Below, piece by piece: positions 1-8,111 of a stretch of DNA of 64,000 bases; position 1 is the stretch's first letter; every line of letters begins with the position of its first letter. The position numbers were made by a program, and so were the translations under genes. The notes beneath the pieces were generated by a model, which did not search any database, was not told the origin of the DNA, and was given only the letters and a program-made list of their open reading frames with translations. The DNA lies in the NCBI GenBank assembly GCA_965226375.1, contig CBDDCX010000008.1:2206798-2270797 (forward strand). Reading direction: 5' to 3'. The DNA is from Longimicrobiales bacterium (lineage in GTDB: Bacteria; Gemmatimonadota; Gemmatimonadetes; Longimicrobiales; Gaopeijiaceae).

Positions 1-401
1 ATGGATTCCGCCGCGTCCCACTGACTCTCGGGCAACGCCTCGAGCCCCGCGCGCATGATCTCCGCTGAAAAGGCGGCCGCGGCCAGCGCAACCGTGGTCG
101 CCGTGACGGTGAACATGGAGACGCTAAGACCGACTACCTCAAAGGCGAAAAAGACCACCATCAGCTTGATCAGAAAGGGAACCCGCCGGAAGGTCTCGCT
201 GAACCCGACGGACAGGAGGCGGGCGGGCCACAAGTCAACCACATGGCGGTTACGAATGAAGGCAAGCAGCGAGCCAACGGCGTACCCGACAACGCAGCCG
301 ACGATCGACAGGCCCACGGTCACGCCAAAGGCCTGGGCCAGAAACGCCATATTGGAATACGACAGGAAGAGTGGCAGCTGCTCCAGGAGGGACCCACCCA
401 T
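1..401 (-). CDS. Polar amino acid ABC transporter permease, 5' part (runs off window start)
   Basis: Manual translation MGGSLLEQLPLFLSY...ETFRRVPFLIKL...AEIMRAGLEALPESQWDAAES (EAA loop); ATG overlaps TGA of the upstream permease. Confidence 0.85.
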   Translation of the reverse strand, partial: MGGSLLEQLPLFLSYSNMAFLAQAFGVTVGLSIVGCVVGYAVGSLLAFIRNRHVVDLWPARLLSVGFSETFRRVPFLIKLMVVFFAFEVVGLSVSMFTVTATTVALAAAAFSAEIMRAGLEALPESQWDAAES

Positions 402-1078
402 CAGACGAGCCTCGCCTTGACGCGGAACACATAGCGTCCGATGAGCCACAGCACGGCGCTGGCGATGAAGGTCAACACCACATAGAGGACCGCCGATATC
501 GAGAAGACCTCGAAGGAGCGGAAGGTCTCGGCGCTGACGTTGTAGGCTCGGCCCGTGAGCTCCTCGAGACCGAAGATCGACGCGATGGAGGTCGTCATCG
601 TCAGCAGGATGTACTGGTTGCTCAGCGGCGGATAGAGGACTCTGATGATATGGGGCAGAATGACGTACCACGTCATCTGTGTAACGCTCATGCCGAGCGT
701 TTCCGCCGCCTCGATCTCCGCCTTGCGAACGGACTGGAAGCCGGCGCGCAGGGTTTCCGTCAGGTACCCGCTGACGTTGAGCGTCAATCCCAGCAGCACT
801 GCCTGGTAGGAAGACAGAAACACACCCATTTCCGGCAGGGCGAAGAACAAGAAGAATATCTGGACCAGGACCGGTGTGTTCATGAAGAAGGCGACGTAGC
901 CGCTCACCACTGCGCGCAACGCCCGGTTCTTGTTATAGGACAGAACGGTCGCATTGATGGTGGCGATGGTTATCCCACCCACGAAGGCGAGAAACGCCAT
1001 CTGGAGCGCGAGCCAAGCTCCCCCGATCAGGTAGCCCGTGAATCCGACGACCTGCCCCCACTGCAGCGTGTAGGCCAC
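401..1078 (-). CDS. Polar amino acid ABC transporter permease (HisM/GlnP family)
   Basis: FFMNTPVLVQIF and ETLRAG...EIEAAETLGMS motifs. Confidence 0.9.
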   Translation of the reverse strand: MAYTLQWGQVVGFTGYLIGGAWLALQMAFLAFVGGITIATINATVLSYNKNRALRAVVSGYVAFFMNTPVLVQIFFLFFALPEMGVFLSSYQAVLLGLTLNVSGYLTETLRAGFQSVRKAEIEAAETLGMSVTQMTWYVILPHIIRVLYPPLSNQYILLTMTTSIASIFGLEELTGRAYNVSAETFRSFEVFSISAVLYVVLTFIASAVLWLIGRYVFRVKARLV

Positions 1079-1149
1079 GTCAGTCCCTGCCGGTCGCCAC
1101 TAGTCGGGGGTCCCTCGACGCCACGGTGGCGCGAGCGCGACTACCCCCA

Positions 1150-2010
1150 CTAGAAGAACGGGGTGAACGGTACTGGGGTGGCCATCGGCGCGCCGAACCA
1201 CTCCTGCCAGCGAGTCGTGATGAAACCGGACTCGTGCATCTCGTAGACGGCGACGTTTAGCCAGTCTCGGAGCGTGTCGTTACCCTTGGCGACCCCGAAC
1301 CCGGAGTAGTCGGGAGGTCGGAAGTCGGGCGTGGCGAACCAATACCAGTCGACATTCGAGAACGCCCGAGAGAGCCGGAACCCCAGCGTGTCGATCCCGT
1401 CCACCGACGCGTCCGCGCGACCCTGAGCCAGGGCCCGGTCCCGGTCGGTGTAGTTGTCGAGCAACAGGAGATTGGCCTTGGGTAACAGTCGTCTGACGAT
1501 CTCGACGGTGACCGTGCCCCGTACCTGAACGAGGGTGATGTTCTCGTCGTCGAGCTGCTGCCACGTGGTGATGCCCGTCTCCTTGCGGGTCAGGACACCA
1601 TAGCTCGACGTGTGAATCGGAACGCTGAAGTCGATGACCTTGGCCCGCTTGGAGTCCCGCGTCATCGCTCCCATGACGGCATCCACCTTTCCCAGGGCGA
1701 CAAACGGAATGCGGTCCGGTGAGCCGACGACAACGAGCTCGACCTCGACGCCGAGCATGCGACCGATCTCCGCCGCGACGTCAACCTCGAACCCGACGAT
1801 CTCGTTCTGATCATCGTACAGGGCGCGCGGCGGGATCTTGGGATTCAAGCCGATCCTGATAGTACCCGCCTTGAGAATGTCGTCGAGTGTGCGAGCCCCC
1901 GTGCTGTCCGCGGTGCGCTCCGACGCACATCCGCCCGCTCCCACAAGCGCGAGAAGGCCGAGGATGGATCCTCGGCAAATGCCTCGTGAGGCAGAACAGC
2001 GCGTCTTCAT
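1150..2010 (-). CDS. Amino acid ABC transporter substrate-binding lipoprotein (SBP family 3)
   Basis: TLDDILKAGTIRIG, GFEVDVA, RIPFVALGKVD, IDFSVP; lipobox-like AGGC; start set at MKTRC. Confidence 0.88.
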   Translation of the reverse strand: MKTRCSASRGICRGSILGLLALVGAGGCASERTADSTGARTLDDILKAGTIRIGLNPKIPPRALYDDQNEIVGFEVDVAAEIGRMLGVEVELVVVGSPDRIPFVALGKVDAVMGAMTRDSKRAKVIDFSVPIHTSSYGVLTRKETGITTWQQLDDENITLVQVRGTVTVEIVRRLLPKANLLLLDNYTDRDRALAQGRADASVDGIDTLGFRLSRAFSNVDWYWFATPDFRPPDYSGFGVAKGNDTLRDWLNVAVYEMHESGFITTRWQEWFGAPMATPVPFTPFF

Positions 2011-2204
2011 CCTAGGTCCCTCCGGGACTCGAGAAGCAGAGTCACGGCGATGGTCGCAGGGCCCCAACGTGCAGGCGGGGGGGGGAGCGGCGCCGTGGGG
2101 CCGGACCGTAGTGTACCGGTAGGCGCGACACCGGAACAGAGGGGAAAACGCGGGTCGCAAGAGACACAAGAACACGAAGGGATAGCCGAAACAGAAGCTC
2201 TGTT

Positions 2205-2263
2205 GGCTCGCGCGCTCCGTCCGCGGTTTCCTTCTTTGCCGCCAGCAGATCCGCGGTGCCGTA
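2205..2263 (+). repeat. Degenerate right half of the local attC-family repeat
   Basis: GGCTCGCGCGCT..GCGGT..TCTT.GCCGC.CAGCAGA..CGC aligns by eye with the copies at 59197-59269 and 37515-37597; GTT core decayed. Confidence 0.5.
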
Positions 2264-2401
2264 CTGATTTCGAGGGTCGGTTTGCTCCACGCCGAGACCA
2301 CCGAACGCAGCGAGGTGCATCGCGATCGATTAAGTACCCTGTCACCGAAGTGGAGCTTCGCCGTCTGAGAACTCACGGAAAGGAAGCTGAATGGCCCGCC
2401 T

Positions 2402-2905
2402 GTTAGGCTGCGGGCCCCTCTCTTGACGGCAGCGACTTCTCCATAAGGCAGGAGAATTCGTCCGAGGCGGAGACGACGTAGCCTAAGCTCTCGTAGAGTC
2501 GCGTCGCCGGGTTACTCTTGAAGACGCGAAGCCGCACGAGGTCGTGGCCTTCGTTCACCGCGATGCTCTCAACGTGTTTCATTACGGCGGTGCCAAGGCC
2601 CGAGCCGCGTGATTCCTGAGTTAGCGGGATCGTCTTGAGATACAGAGCGTCATCCTCGGCACGGACGGCAAAGAACCCGACGCGCTGGCCTTCGCGATAG
2701 ACCATCTGATACGGCTGAGGAGGGGAGGGCTGCTGGAGATGACGCGCTTCGTCCCAACCGACGGTGCCGGACATCTCTTCGAAGAAGTTCGCCTTCTTGC
2801 GGTTCCGGACAAACGCGCCATCGTGCTCGGGATCGCAGGGCCTGAGCTCGAAGGTCGGTTGAGGCACGGGCGGCGCGGGTGGTTGATTGAAGGCAGCAGC
2901 CTAAC
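2402..2905 (-). mobile_element. Integron-type gene cassette carrying the GNAT gene
   Basis: On minus strand begins GTTAGGCTGC (2905-2896) and ends GCAGCCTAAC (2411-2402, overlapping the TAA stop): perfect 10-bp R'/R'' complementarity. Confidence 0.7.
2403..2867 (-). CDS. GNAT family N-acetyltransferase
   Basis: RGSGLGT acetyl-CoA motif and LRVFKSNPATRLYESLGY. Confidence 0.85.
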   Translation of the reverse strand: MPQPTFELRPCDPEHDGAFVRNRKKANFFEEMSGTVGWDEARHLQQPSPPQPYQMVYREGQRVGFFAVRAEDDALYLKTIPLTQESRGSGLGTAVMKHVESIAVNEGHDLVRLRVFKSNPATRLYESLGYVVSASDEFSCLMEKSLPSREGPAA

Positions 2906-2981
2906 ACAACTTGAAAGCACGCCCCCTGTGGGTACCGTGGAGTTGCGAAACGACCATGGACCACAGCAGAGGGCGGCTCTC

Positions 2982-4073
2982 ATGAAGCGGAACACCAAGT
3001 ATGTGGGACTCGACGTGCACCAGGCAATGACGGTGGCGACGGTTCGGAGCCAAGGGGGACGAGTGATCGCGCGCAGCGTGATCGAGACGGGGGACGCATC
3101 GATCACGGAGTTCTTCAGTGCGATGCGCGGGTCGGTGCATGTGGTGTTCGAGGAGAGAACCCAGGCGCAGTGGCTCTACGACCTACTGAGTCCTCGTGTG
3201 GATCGGGTGGTCGTGTGCGATCGCAGAGGCGAAAAGCGTTCGGGCAACAAGGGGGACCAGGTCGATGCCGACGAGCTGTCGGAGCGGTTGCGGTGTGGCG
3301 GGCTGCGCGCGGTATACCACGGCGCACACGGCCGATCTGATCTCAAGGAGCTGACTCGAGCCTATCGCAACCTCGTCGAAGACGGCACGCGCGTGATGCT
3401 GCGGCTCAAGGCACTCTTCCGTGCGCGGGCGATCCGAACCACGGGCGGCGGAGTCTACCAGCCGAAGCAGCGCGGCGCCTGGCTCGCGCAGCTACCGGAG
3501 GGAGGAGCTCGTCTACGAGCCGAGACCCTGTACGCTCAGCTCGATGTGCTTCGGGCTCAGCGCAAGAAGACCAAGGCGGCCATGGTCGCCGAGGCGAAGC
3601 GTGATCCGGCCTTCGGGGTGCTCGAGACGATCCCCTACTTTGGGCCCGTGCGTATCGCACTGTTGCTAGCAACCATGGGTACGCCGTGGCGCTTCCGCAC
3701 GAAGCGCAACCTGTGGGCCTATGCCGGACTCGCCGTGGTCACGCGCTCGAGCTCCGACTACGAGTTGTTCGATGGGCGTCCTCGCCGGCGGCGGCGCCCT
3801 CCGCTCACTCGAGGGTTGAACCGCAACCACAATCGAGTCCTCAAGAATGTCTTCAAGGGCGCCGCCAACGTAGCCATTGGACGTCCGGGCCCATTCCTGG
3901 ACTTCTATAACCGAATGCTCGAGCGCGGGATGCGCGAGGAGCTCGCCCGTGTGACGCTGGCTCGCAAGCTCGCAGCGCTCACCCTTCGTCTACTCAAAAC
4001 CGGAGAAGTCTTTGATCCGACGCAGCTGAGTCGACCCCAAACATTGAGGGGGGTTCATCGTCCTAGGGTGTAG
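2982..4073 (+). CDS. IS110 family DEDD recombinase/transposase
   Basis: YVGLDVH, VFEE, KGDQVDA (RuvC-like DEDD), LETIPYFGP, WAYAGL..RSSS. Confidence 0.93.
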   Translation: MKRNTKYVGLDVHQAMTVATVRSQGGRVIARSVIETGDASITEFFSAMRGSVHVVFEERTQAQWLYDLLSPRVDRVVVCDRRGEKRSGNKGDQVDADELSERLRCGGLRAVYHGAHGRSDLKELTRAYRNLVEDGTRVMLRLKALFRARAIRTTGGGVYQPKQRGAWLAQLPEGGARLRAETLYAQLDVLRAQRKKTKAAMVAEAKRDPAFGVLETIPYFGPVRIALLLATMGTPWRFRTKRNLWAYAGLAVVTRSSSDYELFDGRPRRRRRPPLTRGLNRNHNRVLKNVFKGAANVAIGRPGPFLDFYNRMLERGMREELARVTLARKLAALTLRLLKTGEVFDPTQLSRPQTLRGVHRPRV

Positions 4074-4477
4074 GGGTGCAGCGCATGACCTTCGATCCCT
4101 TGGAACGTCGAATCCCTGGACGACGGTGCGGGAGGCAGTCTCAAGCAAATCCGTACGCCCGGCTCGCAGTCATGCCGAGGCACGATCCTAACTCCAGGCC
4201 CTTCCGCAGAACCCGAAGAAGTGTCAGGCCGGCCCCGAGGCTGAGTCTCAGATAGAACCATGGTTCGCGTCGTACGACCTAGGTCCACTCAATCAAGTCC
4301 AGACGGATCGACCATCCAAGTGAGGATCATCGTGGCCGACACGAAGACTGACTCATCCAGCACACCGCTCCCTGACGATCCGGTCATTCCAGCCAAGCGG
4401 AGGCTGAGTGCCAAGCCCAACACGGCTTCGCAGACAGCCGGGGCGGAGCCCGGCCTTGACACTCTCTTTCATAGAAC
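4074..4477 (+). ncRNA. Putative bridge/seek RNA region of IS110 copy 1
   Basis: ~400-nt non-coding right end conserved in both copies; complementary segments (GCATGAC/GTCATGC, ATCCGT/ACGGAT, GCCGGG/CCCGGC); CCTAAC at 4187 and ATAGAAC at 4252; exact RNA limits unknown. Confidence 0.6.
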
Positions 4478-4811
4478 GCCTAGTTGCTAGGCCGCCGTCG
4501 TGCAGCACTTCAGCGGTTCCGTAGGCGAGCGAGATGACATCCAGTCCGTCAAACCCCTCGGTGTAGAATGCCAAGGCAGCGGCCCGCCCTAGGATCGGAT
4601 CTCCGCCAGGTGGGAGGAGGATCGCGTCGGGCGCGAAGAACCGAAGGTAGCCCTCAAGACTTTCCGCCGTGGGCCGACCAGGGCCGAACAACGCTTCAAT
4701 CGAATCGAGCTGTGCTTGTAAGATCTGGCGATCCGACGGGATGCCGGCCCTCGTGTCGGGACCGCAGGCGACAATGACAACTAGCAAAGCGAAGGGGCCG
4801 TGCCTGAGCAT
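4478..4811 (-). pseudogene. Truncated SnoaL/DUF4440-like lipoprotein
   Basis: FAPDAILLPPGGDPILGRAA motif; reading frame breaks at the IS110 end before the expected C-terminal strands. Confidence 0.65.
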
Positions 4812-5021
4812 AGAGATGCGTCTCCTGATTCTAACTATCACTGCAGCACCAGCTAACGGAAGGCATGTCCTAACGAGCTCACGGACTCACGACGCGAAGC
4901 GGCCGGCCCGTTGCTCACGTTAGAGCTTCGCGTCCCCGAGCGACAGCGAGCCTGAGGGCCGTGCGTGAGTCTGGCGTTATCGGGATGTGGTCCCGGTCGT
5001 TCAAGGCGGCACGCGTCAAAG

Positions 5022-5210
5022 TCAAAGAGCGATCTGCGACCACACGAAGACGTTGGCCCACGTCAGGACCGCGAGAAAAAGGACCGCAGCGGAGCCTTGG
5101 ACAGACGTGCGCTTGGCTGTAGCCCCCACCACGAGGACGGCGAGAAGAAGAATGTTGGCGAGTTGGCCGGCGTCCCAGACAGCCCCGTTTAGGCGAAGGT
5201 TGGCGATCAT
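5022..5210 (-). CDS. Small hydrophobic protein or gene fragment
   Basis: 62 aa with two hydrophobic segments; no family recognised. Confidence 0.3.
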   Translation of the reverse strand: MIANLRLNGAVWDAGQLANILLLAVLVVGATAKRTSVQGSAAVLFLAVLTWANVFVWSQIAL

Positions 5211-5246
5211 CCAAACTAGGTGGTACCCAGCGAACGGGAGCCCATC

Positions 5247-7646
5247 ATGGAGACGCTACTTCAGGACCTCCGATTCACGCTTCGGAGCTTGCTGCGCCGC
5301 CCGATGCTTTCCCTTACCATCGTGATCACCTTCTCTCTCGGGGTCGGGGCGAACACCGCCATCTTCAGCGTGGTTCGTGGTGTGCTGCTGCGCCCCCTTC
5401 CCTTCCGGGACGTCGACACGCTCGTGCGCCTGGGCGAGTCGGGGCCGACCGGCCGCGAGTTCATCGCCACCTCGATGCCCAACTTTACGGACTGGAACAC
5501 CGCACGGTCGTTCACGGAGATGGCCGGATATTGGGCCGGGCCCGAAATCTGGGTCGGTGGTGAATTTCCCGAGCGCATCGCCATGGCCCGAGTGACCGCA
5601 AACTACTTCTCACTGGTAGGGCTCAACCCGATTCTCGGCCGCACCTTTCTTCCTCAGGAGTTCACCACCGACGCCCCGGTCGCCATCCTCACGCACCACT
5701 TCTGGGCACGGGCCCTGGGGGCCGACTCGAGCGTCGTGGGAAAGCAGCTCGCCTTGGACGGCGGTTCCCGCACGATCGTGGGTGTGATGGGGCCCGATGT
5801 CGGGCCTTCGGGCACCGCGCCCTTTCACGGGGCACTGCTCACACCGAGGGCCGAGGTGGTGAAACCCGTATGGAGGCGTTCAGCTCGCTTCCTCAATGTC
5901 ATCGCCCGCCTCCGCCCGGGGGTCACCTTCGAGGAGGCACGGGCTGAGATGGGTCGTATGGGGGCGGATCTCAATGCCCTCTACCCGGATGCCAATCCGA
6001 GAGCCCAGATCCGTGTGCTTCCGGTGACCGAAGCGTTGATGGGTACGGCGCGAACCTCGATCCTTCTCTTGTGGGCTGCCGTCGGCTCGGTGCTCCTCAT
6101 CACATGCCTGAACATCGCGAGCCTCCTACTCGTTCGCGCGGCCGGGCGTTCTGAGGAGTTCACGCTGCGTCGTGCCTTGGGCGCCAGCCGCAAACGCCTT
6201 CTAAAGTTGGCCTTCACCGAGACGTTGGTCCTCGCCACCTTGGGTGGGGCCCTCGGGGTGGGCTTTGGATGGCTGATTCAAACCCTTTTCGTGAACCTCG
6301 TGCCCGCCGGTGTACCGCGTATGGACGAGGTCCGGTTGGACGCGATCGTGCTCCTGTTCGCCGCGGCGATCACGCTGGTGTCTGCCGGCCTCTTCGGACT
6401 GGCGCCGGCAGCCAGCGTGTTCCGGACGCGCTCTCACATGCCGTCGAACACCCGCGGCGGGGGTGGGTCCCGCACCTCTTCATTTCTGCGATGGGTCGTG
6501 GGCACTGAGGTGGCCGTCGCACTCGTCCTCGTCTTCGGCTCTTCGATCTTCCTCGAGACCTTCATCGCGTTGACGAGCGTCGACCCCGGATACGACCCGA
6601 GCCTCAGTGTGACCGGCCGGGTCAGCCTCCCCGCGAGTCGTTTTCGAGAACCGGAAAAGAAGGTGCAGTTCTACCGGCAGATCGAAGAACGGGTCAGTGC
6701 GCTGCCCGGTGTCGAGGCCGTTTCGACCGCCGTACTCGCGGTCCCGACCAGGAGCGGTTTTGGAGTGGGGATCGGCGTGGATGGCGCCCTCGACCAGACC
6801 CGCGGGGACGTGTTCAGGGTCGGACCCGGCTTCTTCGAGGTCCATCGGATCACGCTGACCTCCGGGCGCCTCTTCGACACGAACGATGGCGTCCATGCTC
6901 CCCGCGTGGCCATCGTGAGCGAATCGACCGCACGGTCCCTGTTCGGCGACGAGTCCGCCCTGGGGCGGAGCGTCCGCTTGACCACACATCTCAGCCTCGC
7001 CGATGAACCGCGTCACATCGTTGGCGTGGTCCAGGACGCGAGGCTCTACGGTCCGGAGAGCCCGGTTCCCACGACGGTGTATATGCCGCTCGACCAGTGG
7101 GCGAGCGGGGGCGTCTATATCACGGCGCGAGTCGTGAGCGACCCCGCGTCGTTCGTGGGGCCCCTGAGGGAAGCGATCCACGCGGTCGACCCACTCCTCC
7201 CCGTGGGTAACCTGGGGACGCTGGAGCAAACCCTGAGCACGCGCTATGCCTCCCCGCGATTCTACACGGTCCTGTTGAGCTCCTTCGCAGCCGTTGCGCT
7301 CCTCCTGATGGCGGCAGGGGTGTTCGGCGTGCTCTCCACCACGATCGAGCAACGGCTCAGAGAGGTCGGCGTACGCATTGCGTTGGGGGCGAGTCGCGTC
7401 GACGTCGTGGGCTGGGCCATCAGGATCGGGATGATCCCTTCGTTGGTCGGGATCGCGCTGGGCCTGGCGGGGTCAATCGGTTTGAAGAGGATCCTGAATA
7501 GCCGCGTCGCAGAGCTCGAGGTCGCGGACCCGGCGATGTTCTCGCTCGGATCGGTGATCGTGATCGGGGTGACCCTCTGCGCTTGCCTTCTCGCGGCCAG
7601 ACGCGTAGCGGTGCTCGAGCCGGTCTCGGTTCTGCGAGCGGAGTAG
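5247..7646 (+). CDS. ADOP-type duplicated ABC permease (MacB/FtsX family)
   Basis: METLLQDLRFTLRSL, LGVGANTAIFSVV, REVGVRIALGA, C-terminal LRAE. Confidence 0.92.
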   Translation: METLLQDLRFTLRSLLRRPMLSLTIVITFSLGVGANTAIFSVVRGVLLRPLPFRDVDTLVRLGESGPTGREFIATSMPNFTDWNTARSFTEMAGYWAGPEIWVGGEFPERIAMARVTANYFSLVGLNPILGRTFLPQEFTTDAPVAILTHHFWARALGADSSVVGKQLALDGGSRTIVGVMGPDVGPSGTAPFHGALLTPRAEVVKPVWRRSARFLNVIARLRPGVTFEEARAEMGRMGADLNALYPDANPRAQIRVLPVTEALMGTARTSILLLWAAVGSVLLITCLNIASLLLVRAAGRSEEFTLRRALGASRKRLLKLAFTETLVLATLGGALGVGFGWLIQTLFVNLVPAGVPRMDEVRLDAIVLLFAAAITLVSAGLFGLAPAASVFRTRSHMPSNTRGGGGSRTSSFLRWVVGTEVAVALVLVFGSSIFLETFIALTSVDPGYDPSLSVTGRVSLPASRFREPEKKVQFYRQIEERVSALPGVEAVSTAVLAVPTRSGFGVGIGVDGALDQTRGDVFRVGPGFFEVHRITLTSGRLFDTNDGVHAPRVAIVSESTARSLFGDESALGRSVRLTTHLSLADEPRHIVGVVQDARLYGPESPVPTTVYMPLDQWASGGVYITARVVSDPASFVGPLREAIHAVDPLLPVGNLGTLEQTLSTRYASPRFYTVLLSSFAAVALLLMAAGVFGVLSTTIEQRLREVGVRIALGASRVDVVGWAIRIGMIPSLVGIALGLAGSIGLKRILNSRVAELEVADPAMFSLGSVIVIGVTLCACLLAARRVAVLEPVSVLRAE

Positions 7647-7712
7647 GACGGGAACGCCGCACCCCGCACCCCCCCCCAACCATGATCCAACCTTTCGCCC
7701 CTACTGCACGTC

Positions 7713-7739
7713 CTATAGTATAGCGTTGCTATACTATAG
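7713..7739. promoter_or_regulatory. Perfect 12-bp inverted repeat upstream of padR (candidate PadR operator)
   Basis: CTATAGTATAGC-GTT-GCTATACTATAG; contains two CTA-N5-TAG boxes. Confidence 0.6.
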
Positions 7740-7783
7740 CATCGCTAACCACTGGGACCGGCCTGGCCCCGAGGAGAGAACCG

Positions 7784-8110
7784 ATGGGACGCACATCGCT
7801 GGGCGAGTTCGAGCAACAGGTCTTGCTCGTGATCATGCGGCTCGGCAGCGAGGCGTATTCGGTACCGATAGTGGCCGAGCTGGGAGAACGCACAGGACGT
7901 GAAGCCGCGACCTCGGCTGTGTACATCGCCCTTCGCCGCCTCGAGAAGAAGGGATTCTTGACCTCCCGGCTCGAGTCTCCGGAGCAGAGCGGCGGGCCAT
8001 ACCCTCGGCGGTACTTCGCCCTCACGGAGGCGGCCCTGGAGCCACTCAAGGCGGCTCGGCAATCCCTACTGAGCCTGTGGGACGGACTCGAACCGGCACT
8101 AGACGACTGA
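7784..8110 (+). CDS. PadR family transcriptional regulator
   Basis: LGEFEQQVLL...VYIALRRLEKKG...GGPYPRRYFALT. Confidence 0.92.
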   Translation: MGRTSLGEFEQQVLLVIMRLGSEAYSVPIVAELGERTGREAATSAVYIALRRLEKKGFLTSRLESPEQSGGPYPRRYFALTEAALEPLKAARQSLLSLWDGLEPALDD

Positions 8111-8111
8111 C

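Larger units (their letters stand above)
2901..4477 (+). mobile_element. IS110-family (IS1111-like) element, copy 1
   Basis: Near-identical to 53119-54695; shared span CTAACACAACTTGAAAG...CTTTCATAGAAC; short subterminal IR TGAAAG/CTTTCA; AAC at both junctions; no classical TSD. Confidence 0.92.

Noticed and set aside
2739..2981. N-terminal extensions of the IS110 ORFs (also 52813-53199)
   Set aside because: They cross the element boundary and differ between copies; the true start is MKRNTKY.
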